Assembly (NCBI GenBank): GCA_949840955.1
Contig: CATKXV010000004.1
Span: 63,804-127,803 of the forward strand
Source: an uncultured Anaeroplasmataceae bacterium
GTDB lineage: Bacteria; Bacillota_I; Bacilli_A; Acholeplasmatales; Anaeroplasmataceae
DNA: 64,000 bases
Reading direction: 5' to 3'
The position numbers and the translations under genes were made by a program. The first letter of the stretch is position 1, and each line of letters begins with the position of its first letter. Positions 27,582 to 36,858 of this stretch are shown piece by piece. Below the pieces are notes generated by a model. That model was not told the DNA's origin. It saw nothing but the letters and a program-made list of their open reading frames with translations, and did not search any database.

Positions 27582-27949
27582 TTTTCTCTACCTTCCTTTT
27601 TTTCTAAAATATGTTCTAGGGCTTTCTCATAAATCATAAATACATGCTCATCTGCAAGGCTATAAAATACTTCCTTCCCCTGCTTACGATATTTCACTAG
27701 ATTAAAATCACGTAAGACCTTAAGCTGATGGGAAACCGCAGATTTTGTCATTTCAACAACCTTACAAATATCGCAAACACAAAGCTCATGATTAAAAAGT
27801 GCTGCCAGTATTTTAGTTCTTGTTGAATCTCCAAATACCTTAAATATCTCTGCCACATCATATAAATCCTCTTCTGCTGGCATCAATTGCTTTACCTCTT
27901 GAATCAGCTCTTTATGAGGATGATCCATCTCGCATTCTATATAATTCAT
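27578..27949 (-). CDS. ArsR/SmtB-family metal-sensing repressor (CadC-like)
   Basis: ELCVCDICKVV metal site and the wHTH SAVSHQLKVLRDFNLV. The track start at 27988 is TTG and lies inside the operator. The ATG at 27947-27949 after GAAGGAAAG is the likelier start. Confidence 0.88.
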   Translation of the reverse strand: MNYIECEMDHPHKELIQEVKQLMPAEEDLYDVAEIFKVFGDSTRTKILAALFNHELCVCDICKVVEMTKSAVSHQLKVLRDFNLVKYRKQGKEVFYSLADEHVFMIYEKALEHILEKKEGREK

Positions 27950-27966
27950 TCTTTCCTTCACCCCTT

Positions 27967-28026
27967 TTATAGTTGAATGATTGTTCAACCATATATATTA
28001 TAGTTGAATAGCCACTCAACTGTCAA
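27967..28026 (-). promoter_or_regulatory. consensus sigmaA promoter with two ArsR-type inverted-repeat operators
   Basis: Minus strand reads TTGACA (28026-28021), 18 nt, TATAAT (28002-27997). IR1, AGTTGA-N8-TCAACT (28002-28021), fills the spacer. IR2, GTTGAA-N6-TTCAAC (27972-27989), lies just downstream of the -10. The 12-mer TTATAGTTGAAT occurs at 27967 and 27998, 31 nt apart. Confidence 0.7.
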
Positions 28027-28038
28027 GCGTTTTTTTCA

Positions 28039-28073
28039 AAAAAAGAAAAATCTCAAAAGAATTCCTTTGAGAT
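28039..28073 (-). terminator. Rho-independent terminator after rpe
   Basis: ATCTCAAA (28050-28057) pairs with TTTGAGAT (28066-28073). A T-rich run follows on the minus strand (28039-28049). Confidence 0.65.
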
Positions 28074-28187
28074 TCCCAAAACTATTTACTTTTTCTTCTA
28101 AATATACTTAGGAATTTTACAATAAAATTCGGAAGTCGGATTACAATTATTCTAATGGCTATCACCTTTAGTATAGATTATGAAACC

Positions 28188-28832
28188 TTATCTACAAATA
28201 TGCTTTAATTCCTTTAGTTTTTCTAACGAATTTTTTGCAGAGGTTATATATGAGCCAACCACAGCCAAATCCAAATAGGAGGCTACAAGTGGCAGGGTTT
28301 GATCCTGAATACCTCCATCTATACTAATCCAATAGGAATACTGATGCTTATCCTTTTCCTCCTTAAGATATTTCACCTTTTCAATAGCCTCAGGCATAAA
28401 TCTTTGTCCACCAAAGCCAGGTTCAACAGACATAATGAGAATAAGATCAGCGTACTTTAAATAAGGCTTAAGCGCAGTAACATCTGTAGCGGGTTTAATA
28501 GATATTCCTGCCTTAACACCAAAGCTATGTATATAATCAATCAGTTCTACCGGATGATCTACTGCCTCTAAATGAAATGTAATGGCATCACTTCCAGCAT
28601 CTACAAAACTCTTGATATATTGCTTCGGATGATCTATCATGAGATGCGTGTCAAAAAATAAAGAGCTGTCCTTATGAATGGATTTTACCAAATCTGCTCC
28701 AAAGCTTATATTGGGAACAAAATGTCCATCCATGATATCTAGATGTACATATTGAAGCTCAGGCTTCAATTCATCAAGCGCTTCTCCTATTTTAGCATAA
28801 TCAATTTTTAAAATAGATAAAGAAATTTCCAT
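28188..28832 (-). CDS. rpe: ribulose-phosphate 3-epimerase
   Basis: 214 aa with HLDIMDGHFVPN and MSVEPGFGGQ motifs. Confidence 0.94.
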   Translation of the reverse strand: MEISLSILKIDYAKIGEALDELKPELQYVHLDIMDGHFVPNISFGADLVKSIHKDSSLFFDTHLMIDHPKQYIKSFVDAGSDAITFHLEAVDHPVELIDYIHSFGVKAGISIKPATDVTALKPYLKYADLILIMSVEPGFGGQRFMPEAIEKVKYLKEEKDKHQYSYWISIDGGIQDQTLPLVASYLDLAVVGSYITSAKNSLEKLKELKHICR

Positions 28833-29749
28833 TATTTCAACTCTCCTTTTTTAATTTCTGATAGCATTTTTAAATAATTCTCATAGCGATCCGATAAGAT
28901 TTTACCTTCCATCACTGATTTTTGAACGCCACAATCCTTTGCATTTTTTTGATGTAAGCAATCCTTAAAGCGACAAAGGCTTGGATCAAATTCTAAGAAA
29001 AGGCTAGATAATTCCTTTTTTTTAATGCCCAAAATATCTAATTTAGAAAACCCTGGGGTATCTCCAATGAAGCCTCCCTTATAAGGATAAAGTGTAGTTT
29101 GCCGGGTTGTATGCTTTCCCCTACCTAATGCAGAGGAAATCTCTTGGGTTTTCAATTCAAAATCTGGAAATATTGCATTAATTAATGTGGATTTCCCTGC
29201 TCCTGTCTGACCAGATAGCACCGTAACCTTTCCCTCTAGCTGCTGAGCAACAGCAGCAATTCCCTCTTTATTTTTACTATTCACAAATAATACAGTATAG
29301 CCAAGGGCTTCATAATAGGCTAGCTTCTGCCTTAAAAGCAATAGGTCCTCCTCTGATACTTTATCAATTTTTGTAATTACAATGAGTGGCAGAATATGAT
29401 ATTTTGTAATATTAACCAAAAATAAGTCTAAAAGATAGGAAGAAAAATCAGGCTCCTTTGCTGCAAACACAAGCAATACTTGGTCTACATTAGCAATATC
29501 AGGTCGAATCAATTCATTCCTTCTAGGTAGAATTGTATCAATAAAATTGTTTTCCACAAGAACTAAATCTCCAACCTTAGGAGAGTTTTTAACAAACATA
29601 ACCTCTTGCTTCTTACTTATTTTATTTGGGTTTGCCTGGAGGACCTTAACACTTCTCAGCTTACCTCTAGCCCGTACAAAGGTTGTCGCTCCATCCTCTA
29701 ATAATACCTGATATACTCCACCATTTAAATTGATTATTCTTCCTTGCAT
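28832..29749 (-). CDS. rsgA: ribosome small-subunit biogenesis GTPase RsgA
   Basis: Circularly permuted GTPase with ITKID and GQTGAGKSTLINA motifs. C-terminal zinc knuckle CRFKDCLHQKNAKDC. Confidence 0.93.
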   Translation of the reverse strand: MQGRIINLNGGVYQVLLEDGATTFVRARGKLRSVKVLQANPNKISKKQEVMFVKNSPKVGDLVLVENNFIDTILPRRNELIRPDIANVDQVLLVFAAKEPDFSSYLLDLFLVNITKYHILPLIVITKIDKVSEEDLLLLRQKLAYYEALGYTVLFVNSKNKEGIAAVAQQLEGKVTVLSGQTGAGKSTLINAIFPDFELKTQEISSALGRGKHTTRQTTLYPYKGGFIGDTPGFSKLDILGIKKKELSSLFLEFDPSLCRFKDCLHQKNAKDCGVQKSVMEGKILSDRYENYLKMLSEIKKGELK

Positions 29750-29758
29750 CTAGCTCTC

Positions 29759-30634
29759 CTATTTTGTTATCCAAAGGATATATTTTACTATATTATAATC
29801 ATATAACTTTTGGACCTCAAACGCAACTAATTTATTTGAAAAATGATTAGAATCTATATAATTTATTTCTAAGGTATATCCTAGATTTAATATGGTTTCT
29901 ACAAAAAAATCCACATCAACTACAGTTGTCGTTTTTACCCCCTTAGAAACGTATAAATCTAAGGTGTATGGATTATCCTTATGAATGAGCGTATTGGGAG
30001 GGGTAGATTGAAAAATAATGATGTCCTCATCAATTGGTGTAGGAATATAAGTCAAATTGACCTTTAAATGATACTCCTCGATTAATGCAAGAGCTCCTTC
30101 TATAGACATTCCAATAAAATCTGGCATAAAAAATGAAAGATGATTTACAGCTATCGTTAAACAAAGCTCATCTCCTTGATTCAAGGCTGAGCCATCGACT
30201 AAGGACTCCTTAATAATCATTCCCTTAACCACTGTATTATTTTCCTCATATTCTATTTTTAAATGTAGCCCATAATTATTACACATTAATTCAATTTCAC
30301 CTGCTACATCCTCATAGATTCTACCTAAATAGCTTTGATAGGCCATAGGCATGATTTTACCGATATACAAGGATACAATATAATCTGCCTTAATTGAGGT
30401 CCCAGCATAGGGGATTGTTTTTAAAGCAACCTCCTTATCACTTTCTATATAGGTTATTTGATATTTTACCTTCTTCTGTTTCAACTCTTCAATGGCTTCC
30501 TCTTCCTTTAAATTCACCACATCAGGAATCGTCAATATGGTATTATTAAAAATTTTAGGAGATATAAATAAAAAATATATCCATAACAAAACAATTGCTA
30601 GAGTAACCATCCATAAACGCAAAACCCATTTCAT
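29759..30634 (-). CDS. membrane-anchored PASTA-repeat protein (PrkC extracellular part without kinase domain)
   Basis: 291 aa with an N-terminal TM (LWMVTLAIVLLWIYFLFI). Then three to four repeats of about 65 aa follow the PASTA pattern (IPDVVNLKEEEAIEELKQKKVKYQI..., MPDFIGMSIEGALALIEEYHLKVNL...). It occupies the prkC slot between rlmN and rsgA. Confidence 0.7.
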   Translation of the reverse strand: MKWVLRLWMVTLAIVLLWIYFLFISPKIFNNTILTIPDVVNLKEEEAIEELKQKKVKYQITYIESDKEVALKTIPYAGTSIKADYIVSLYIGKIMPMAYQSYLGRIYEDVAGEIELMCNNYGLHLKIEYEENNTVVKGMIIKESLVDGSALNQGDELCLTIAVNHLSFFMPDFIGMSIEGALALIEEYHLKVNLTYIPTPIDEDIIIFQSTPPNTLIHKDNPYTLDLYVSKGVKTTTVVDVDFFVETILNLGYTLEINYIDSNHFSNKLVAFEVQKLYDYNIVKYILWITK

Positions 30635-30677
30635 TTAAATCACCATTTATAGTATCTAACATTTCAGATAAAATATG

Positions 30678-30707
30678 AAAAAAGCAAACCATTTTCGTCT
30701 GCTTTTT
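30678..30707 (-). terminator. weak terminator-like hairpin after rlmN
   Basis: AAAAAAGCA (30678-30686) pairs with TGCTTTTT (30700-30707). The stem is AT-rich, so this call is tentative. Confidence 0.35.
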
Positions 30708-30716
30708 AGGGATTTT

Positions 30717-31739
30717 CTATTGTAAATGCTTGCTTCTGAGTTGCCCACAGGCAGCATCAATGTCAGCGCCCTGTTCCTTACGAAGCTGAACGTTAATTCT
30801 TCTTTTTTTAAGCCAATCAAAAAAAGCAAGTCTAGAATCAGGAGTAGATCGTTCATAGGGTTTCCCCTTAACCTCATTGTAAGGGATGAGATTCACATAA
30901 ACATTTAATCCATGAAGTAAAGTAGCAAGCTCATCCGCACAGGCTATCGTATCATTTAGCCCCTTTATTAAAATATATTCAATTGTAACTCTACGATTTG
31001 TCTTATGAATGTAATAGGAAATTGCTTGGATTAGCTCTTCAATAGGATATGCCTTATTGATGGGCATAAGCTCATTTCTTATTTTATTGTTTGGTGCATG
31101 TAGGCTAATCGCAAGATTTACCTGTAAATCAAAATCGGCATACTCATAGATTTTAGGCACAATGCCACAGGTAGAAACCGTTATATGCCTTGCTCCTATC
31201 TCTAGACCTAAAGGATGATTGATAAGCTTCATAAAGCGAATGACATTCTCATAATTATCAAAAGGCTCCCCAATTCCCATAATAACGACATTGCTTACTC
31301 GTACATCAGCTAGTTTTGAGACACAAAGAATTTGTAATACAATTTCATCTGTTTCAAGATTCCTAATCTTTTTTCTTAAGCCACTCGCACAAAATTGGCA
31401 ATCCATATTACAGCCCACTTCTGTTGTAACGCATACACTATATCCATATTCTTGATGCATTAAAACCGTTTCTATGAGGTTTCCATCAGAAAGTCGAAAT
31501 AAAAACTTGTTTGTTCCATCCTTAGAAATTTGTCTAGTCACACAATCCAGCTGAGGAATATAAAAATCCCGCTTTACTGCTTCAATGACATTTTTTTTAA
31601 TATTTGTAATTTCATCAAAGGACTCTATTTTATGTCGATATAGCCATTCTATAATTTGAGAAGAGCGAAAAGGCTTTTCACCAATTCGAATAAAATACTC
31701 CTTTAGCATTTCTTCACTATAATTATAAATGCTTTCCAT
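30717..31739 (-). CDS. rlmN: 23S rRNA/tRNA adenine-C2 methyltransferase RlmN (radical SAM)
   Basis: 340 aa with the CNMDCQFCASG radical-SAM cluster and a C-terminal DIDAACGQL motif. Confidence 0.94.
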   Translation of the reverse strand: MESIYNYSEEMLKEYFIRIGEKPFRSSQIIEWLYRHKIESFDEITNIKKNVIEAVKRDFYIPQLDCVTRQISKDGTNKFLFRLSDGNLIETVLMHQEYGYSVCVTTEVGCNMDCQFCASGLRKKIRNLETDEIVLQILCVSKLADVRVSNVVIMGIGEPFDNYENVIRFMKLINHPLGLEIGARHITVSTCGIVPKIYEYADFDLQVNLAISLHAPNNKIRNELMPINKAYPIEELIQAISYYIHKTNRRVTIEYILIKGLNDTIACADELATLLHGLNVYVNLIPYNEVKGKPYERSTPDSRLAFFDWLKKRRINVQLRKEQGADIDAACGQLRSKHLQ

Positions 31740-31782
31740 GATATATCACCAAACTTCCTTTAAACATTATACCTAACAAAAG

Positions 31783-31818
31783 AAAAAAATGCAATCTTAC
31801 GTTAAGGTAGAATTGCAT
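31783..31818 (-). terminator. Rho-independent terminator after pheT
   Basis: ATGCAAT (31789-31795) pairs with ATTGCAT (31812-31818), with an inner extension TTAC/GTAG. A run of 7 T follows on the minus strand. Confidence 0.7.
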
Positions 31819-31838
31819 TTAAATTTTTATTTGGCCTA

Positions 31839-31873
31839 TAAAAAAGGAATATATGCCTCTAAGGTATCTGGGT
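31839..31873 (-). repeat. 35-nt relic matching the 3' part of the LRR-lipoprotein gene at 35736-35770
   Basis: TAAAAAAGGAATATATGCCTCTAAGGTATCTGGGT versus TAAAAAAGGAACATATGCCTCTAAGGTATCTGGGT: 34 of 35 identical, same orientation. In the intact gene this encodes ...DTLEAYVPFL.... Confidence 0.8.
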
Positions 31874-31886
31874 CACGTTACTTATT

Positions 31887-34259
31887 TTACCTTAATTTTG
31901 CTTTATAAACATAATCTAACCGCTTTAATATGGAACCAATAATCCGATCTACTTCTTCTGCCTCAAGAGTTCTTGTTGGATCTTCAAAAACCAATTTGAA
32001 GGCTAAGGACTTTTCATCATCGCCAATATTTTCTCCCATATAAACATCAAACAATTCAACTGAGGTTAATGTCTTTTTTCCTGTTTGCTTAATTAGCTTT
32101 GCAAGATCAGAAGATGGGATATCCTGTTTACAAACGATGGCTAAATCACGAGTGATCGTAGGAAATTTATTTAAAGCTTGATAGGTAAATTTCTTTTGCT
32201 CATGGATGATTTCCTCTAGGCTCATTTCTAAAGCAACTGTTGTTCCTAAACCCATATCCTTGCTGAATTTTGGATGAAGCTGTCCAAGTATTCCAATCAT
32301 TTTATCATGATATACAATTGCTGCACATCTGCCTGGATGGAAGGTATCTAGTTTCTGATAAGGTGTAAATGAAACTTCGACATTGAGTCGTTCCATAAGA
32401 GCTTCTAGGATTCCTTTAAGCAAATAAAAGCTAGCCTCTTGTTTCATTCCCTTCCATAAATGAGAGGAATATAGTCCTGTTAGAGATATGGCAAGCTTGA
32501 GCTCCTCTTTATCCTTAGAATATACCTTACCAATTTCAAAGAAAGCCAAATTATCGTTTTTACGAGCCTTATTATAGGCTACAGCATCTAAAACTCCATT
32601 TAATAGACTTTGTCGCATTACAGCACGATCCTCAGTCATAGGCATTAAAACCTCAATTGGCTCTAACGCAATTGTTGTATAAAGCGTAAGATCCTTCTTA
32701 GCAATTAAGGAATACGTTACGGTTTCATTTAACCCCATATTCGCTAAAATTTGGCGGATTAAGCGAACTCGCTTCTGAGCATAGGTTAGGCCTCCTTTTT
32801 CCTTTGTTGAAGCATAGGTTGTTGGAATGTTATCATATCCGTACATTCTTGCAACATCCTCAGCAATATCTTGAACGGAAGGCTCTAAATCCATTCTACG
32901 AGATGGAAGAGTTATGGTATAGGTTTCCTCTACCTTTTCGTAGGAATACTGCAAGCGCTGAAAGATATCCTCTACAATTTCATCTGATAAGCTTGTCCCC
33001 AAAATTGAATTGATTTTTGAGGTTGTTACAGAAACCTCTTGAGGTTCTAGTTGTACCTGAACATCACGAGCAACACCATCATAAATCGTTGCTCCACAGA
33101 GTTCCTCCATTAGTTGAGCTGCATAATCTAAAGCTCGTTCTACACGGTCATAATCTATTTTACGTTCAAAGCGTGTTGAGGATTCACTCTTCAACTGAAG
33201 CTTAGATGAGGTTTTTCTTATACATAACGGGTCAAAATAAGCTGCTTCTAGGATGATGTTGGTCGTTTGATCTTCTACCTCAGTCGTAAGACCTCCCATA
33301 ACTCCAGCTACACAAACAGCCTCTTTTCCATTCGTAATGACAATATCCTCATGGTTTAAGGTTCGTTCTATATTGTCTAATGTTTTTAATTTTTCACCAT
33401 CCTTTGCCATACGGACAACTATGGTATTTCCTAAACGATCCGCATCAAAGGCATGAAGAGGCTGTCCCATTTCAAGTAATACAAAATTCGTAATATCTAC
33501 CACATTATTAATTGGACGAATCCCACAGGAAATCAATCTTGATTTTAACCATTGAGGAGATGGGGCAATTTTTACATGAGCCAAATACCGAGCTAAATAT
33601 TTATAGCAGTTTTTTGTTTCTACAGAAACTCGAACTGGATTGGAGCTTGGATTTACCTCAAAAGAGGGTTCAATAGGTAAAATCCTTTGATTTAAGGCAG
33701 CTCCTATATCATAGGCTGCTCCCTCTATAGATAATAAATCAGAACGGTTGGATGTGACATCTAAATCAATAACGATATCATCTAACCCTAAATATTCTAA
33801 AGGATTATTTCCAACGATGGCTTCCTCATCCAATAAAAATATTCCATTTTTATATTCTTCATCAATATATTTTTCTTCTATTCCAAGTTCCTGTAGAGAG
33901 CATAGCATACCATTGGATTCAACACCTCTAATTTTAGATGGCTTAATTTTAAAATCTCCTGGCAATATAGCTCCTGGTAAAGCAACAATGACCTTTACTC
34001 CTGTTTGAACATTGGGTGCACCACAAACAATTTGCGTAACCTCATTGGGACGAATCTCAACCTGACAAACATGCAAATGATCACTATCTGGATGCATAAC
34101 ACATTCTAAGACTTTTCCAATGGTTAAATGAGTCGCATCAACTAATTTTTTGTAAGATTCTATTTCACAAACATGAAAGCTTATGATGTGATGAAGCTCT
34201 TCATCTGTAATATGATCTAAATCAAGATAATCCTTTAACCAATTTTTTGAAATTTTCAT
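31887..34259 (-). CDS. pheT: phenylalanine--tRNA ligase beta subunit
   Basis: 790 aa beginning MKISKNWLKDYLDL, followed by tRNA-binding, B3/4, B5 and FDX-ACB domains in the usual order. Confidence 0.96.
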   Translation of the reverse strand: MKISKNWLKDYLDLDHITDEELHHIISFHVCEIESYKKLVDATHLTIGKVLECVMHPDSDHLHVCQVEIRPNEVTQIVCGAPNVQTGVKVIVALPGAILPGDFKIKPSKIRGVESNGMLCSLQELGIEEKYIDEEYKNGIFLLDEEAIVGNNPLEYLGLDDIVIDLDVTSNRSDLLSIEGAAYDIGAALNQRILPIEPSFEVNPSSNPVRVSVETKNCYKYLARYLAHVKIAPSPQWLKSRLISCGIRPINNVVDITNFVLLEMGQPLHAFDADRLGNTIVVRMAKDGEKLKTLDNIERTLNHEDIVITNGKEAVCVAGVMGGLTTEVEDQTTNIILEAAYFDPLCIRKTSSKLQLKSESSTRFERKIDYDRVERALDYAAQLMEELCGATIYDGVARDVQVQLEPQEVSVTTSKINSILGTSLSDEIVEDIFQRLQYSYEKVEETYTITLPSRRMDLEPSVQDIAEDVARMYGYDNIPTTYASTKEKGGLTYAQKRVRLIRQILANMGLNETVTYSLIAKKDLTLYTTIALEPIEVLMPMTEDRAVMRQSLLNGVLDAVAYNKARKNDNLAFFEIGKVYSKDKEELKLAISLTGLYSSHLWKGMKQEASFYLLKGILEALMERLNVEVSFTPYQKLDTFHPGRCAAIVYHDKMIGILGQLHPKFSKDMGLGTTVALEMSLEEIIHEQKKFTYQALNKFPTITRDLAIVCKQDIPSSDLAKLIKQTGKKTLTSVELFDVYMGENIGDDEKSLAFKLVFEDPTRTLEAEEVDRIIGSILKRLDYVYKAKLR

Positions 34260-34260
34260 A

Positions 34261-35301
34261 TTACTTTACCTCCTTAAATTGATTTAAGAAACGAATATCA
34301 TTTATATAGAAATTCCGAATGTCATCTATGCGATATTTTAGCATAGTGATACGCTCTACACCAACACCAAAAGCAAAGCCTTGAATTTCCTCTGGATCAT
34401 AGCCACACATTCTCAAAACATTATGATTAACCATACCTGCCCCTAGAATTTCAATCCAGCCTGTATTTTTACAAACAGAACAGCCCTTTCCTTCACATAG
34501 ACCACAAGACACATCCACCTCTACAGAAGGCTCCGTAAACGGGAAAAAGGAAGGACGTAGGCGAATTTTTCTTTCCTCATCGAACATTTTCTTAGCCATC
34601 TCAAGCAATGCACCCTTTAAATCAGCAAGTGTTACATCCTTACCTAAAACTAGCCCTTCACATTGCATAAACTGATGAGAATGGGTAGCATCATCTGCAT
34701 CTCTTCTATATACCTTACCTGGACAAATAATTTTTATAGGCTTTCCTTGCTGTTCTAGCATTGTACGAACCTGAACAGGTGAGGTTTGACTTCTAAGTAA
34801 AAGCTCAGGATTGATGTAGAAGGTATCCTGCATATCTCGAGCAGGATGTCCTTTAGGTAAATTCAGCTTTTCAAAGCAATATTCATCGGTTTCTATTTCT
34901 GGACCTTCTGCCACTTTGTAGCCCATGCTAATATAAATATCCTCTAAATCCATAATGGTTTGATATAAAGGATGGATTCCTCCCAAAGGAAGATGAACCC
35001 CAGGTAAAGTTACATCAATGGCTTCATTTTTAAGCTTTTTATCAATAATTGATTTTTCAATTGCCTGTCTTTTTTGTTCAAAGCGTTCCTCTAGTAATTG
35101 CTTAATCTTATTTGAACGCATTCCTATTTCCTTTCGTGCTTCTACTGTTAAATCACGCATATTAGCCATTGCTTGAGCTATTGCTCCTTTTTTTCCTAAA
35201 TAGCTTGCTTTTTGCTGTTGCAGTAAATTCAAATCCTCAATTTGATTTAATTCTTCATCTAAGGTATCTACAACCTTATCTAATTCTTCTAATTCCTTCA
35301 T
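34261..35301 (-). CDS. pheS: phenylalanine--tRNA ligase alpha subunit
   Basis: 346 aa with class II motifs ([34 protein letters not shown]). Confidence 0.96.
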   Translation of the reverse strand: MKELEELDKVVDTLDEELNQIEDLNLLQQQKASYLGKKGAIAQAMANMRDLTVEARKEIGMRSNKIKQLLEERFEQKRQAIEKSIIDKKLKNEAIDVTLPGVHLPLGGIHPLYQTIMDLEDIYISMGYKVAEGPEIETDEYCFEKLNLPKGHPARDMQDTFYINPELLLRSQTSPVQVRTMLEQQGKPIKIICPGKVYRRDADDATHSHQFMQCEGLVLGKDVTLADLKGALLEMAKKMFDEERKIRLRPSFFPFTEPSVEVDVSCGLCEGKGCSVCKNTGWIEILGAGMVNHNVLRMCGYDPEEIQGFAFGVGVERITMLKYRIDDIRNFYINDIRFLNQFKEVK

Positions 35302-35321
35302 TTTTCTTCCTCCTATACAAA

Positions 35322-35545
35322 ATAAAAAGTCCCTAGAAACATCTAAGGACGAAAAAACCGTGGTACCACCTTACTTCTATAGTTAACACTATAGCTCTCA
35401 TTTCTGATTAACGCTCAAGCAACGGATGGGATTAGCATCACTCCAAAGGTGAATTCATAAAGTCCTTATGCGAGGTTCACACCAACTCCTCTTCTCTTTC
35501 ATAAACCATACTTTATTACTTGTCCTTTATCAACATGTTTATATG
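35322..35545 (-). ncRNA. T-box leader (Phe specifier UUC) controlling pheST
   Basis: Minus strand contains AGAGAAG, GGTGTGAA (distal-loop GGUGNRA-like), and a specifier context GAA-UUC-A (UUC at 35453-35451). It also has the T-box core AAGTAAGGTGGTACCACGG (35358-35370). The terminator pairs GTCCTTAG with CTAGGGAC (35329-35350) and is followed by TTTTT. Confidence 0.85.
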
Positions 35546-35551
35546 CTTTAT

Positions 35552-35580
35552 ATTTTATCAAATTTCATTCATATATGCAA
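35552..35580 (-). promoter_or_regulatory. sigmaA-type promoter of the pheST T-box leader
   Basis: Minus strand reads TTGCAT (35580-35575), 17 nt, TAAAAT (35557-35552). Confidence 0.55.
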
Positions 35581-35589
35581 CAAGGGAAT

Positions 35590-36795
35590 TTAATTTCTTT
35601 TCAATAAAAGTGTAGCATTATATTTAGGGTCACTATATACTGCATGAACATAAATTCCCTTTTCATTCTCCATAACAGTGTTTTCTCCAGAAGAATTTTT
35701 AAACATAATAACACCTTCCTTTTCTAATCCATCATTTAAAAAAGGAACATATGCCTCTAAGGTATCTGGGTTATATAATAAGGTGCCATTATAATCTTCT
35801 ATTTTATAATACAAATAATCTGTGACAATGACTGTATAATTTTTAAGAACAAATATTGGTATCGGTGCTACTTGGCTTGCGCTATAGTAGATTGTATTAA
35901 ATGCTTTTTCAATATATCTTCCTGTAATTTCTTCTAAAGCTGGACAGTTATAAAAGAAGGATTTTCTTAACCCTCCCATACCATAGGCAGTATGGTGATT
36001 AAACCATGAATTATGGCTATAATGAAAACTGAATTTATCATTCAGCTCCAAAGAGGATAAATTATACAAACTACAATCCATGGTTGGACTCATCTCACAG
36101 ATTGTTTTTAAGGAACTACAATTGCTTATCCCCATTGACATAACTAAGCCTCTTGTAAAGGTTATCGTTTCTAATTGGTTACAATTGGATATCGCATAGG
36201 GATGCACATAGCCCTTTCCCTTCCACTCTAAGCTTCTCATAGGAGCATTCAAAAAGGCTTTATATCCGATTTGTCCTACATATTTTCCATGGATTGTTTG
36301 AGGGATAATTACATCCTCTGGTAGCTCCTCTGTATATCCCTTTACAATAAAGCTTCCTCTAACGATTTCAGGAAATTCACTCCCCCAATCCAAATAGGAC
36401 GGAACAAAAAATGCATAGGGATCAATTGGTGAATATTTTGGATTATTCCTTCTATCGAAATCATTTTCTCCTAAAACCGCAAGACTTGAACATTCTAAAA
36501 TCATTTGATCTTCCCTAAGTTTTGGCTGATTCTTATACTCTGACATATCAAGATAATAGACACAATAAAAGGATTTATAATTCTCCTCTTCCTCAAAAAC
36601 ATATTCTAATGCAGCATTTCCAGACAAGGTCGTTATATCTTCAAAAATATCCATATAGTCATAGATAACCCCATTATATTCGACTATATCTCCTGTTTGA
36701 AATTCCTTTGGAGTATCTATGCTTTCTTTTTCCTTACAGGAGATAAGAATAAAGATAAGCATACATGATAAAAAAGATAATATTACTTTTTTCAT
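35590..36795 (-). CDS. lipoprotein with BspA-type leucine-rich-repeat core (paralogue A)
   Basis: Lipobox ILISC. LRR-like segments include IPQTIHGKYVGQIGYKAFLNAPM and ISNCNQLETITF...ISNCSSLKTI. The N-terminal ~95 aa and C-terminal ~60 aa are closely similar to the adjacent gene. Confidence 0.7.
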   Translation of the reverse strand: MKKVILSFLSCMLIFILISCKEKESIDTPKEFQTGDIVEYNGVIYDYMDIFEDITTLSGNAALEYVFEEEENYKSFYCVYYLDMSEYKNQPKLREDQMILECSSLAVLGENDFDRRNNPKYSPIDPYAFFVPSYLDWGSEFPEIVRGSFIVKGYTEELPEDVIIPQTIHGKYVGQIGYKAFLNAPMRSLEWKGKGYVHPYAISNCNQLETITFTRGLVMSMGISNCSSLKTICEMSPTMDCSLYNLSSLELNDKFSFHYSHNSWFNHHTAYGMGGLRKSFFYNCPALEEITGRYIEKAFNTIYYSASQVAPIPIFVLKNYTVIVTDYLYYKIEDYNGTLLYNPDTLEAYVPFLNDGLEKEGVIMFKNSSGENTVMENEKGIYVHAVYSDPKYNATLLLKRN

Positions 36796-36858
36796 GAGTT
36801 ACATCTCCTTTCACATTTTTTCAAAAAAAGTTATATTAACTTAAAGATAAGCTAAGAT

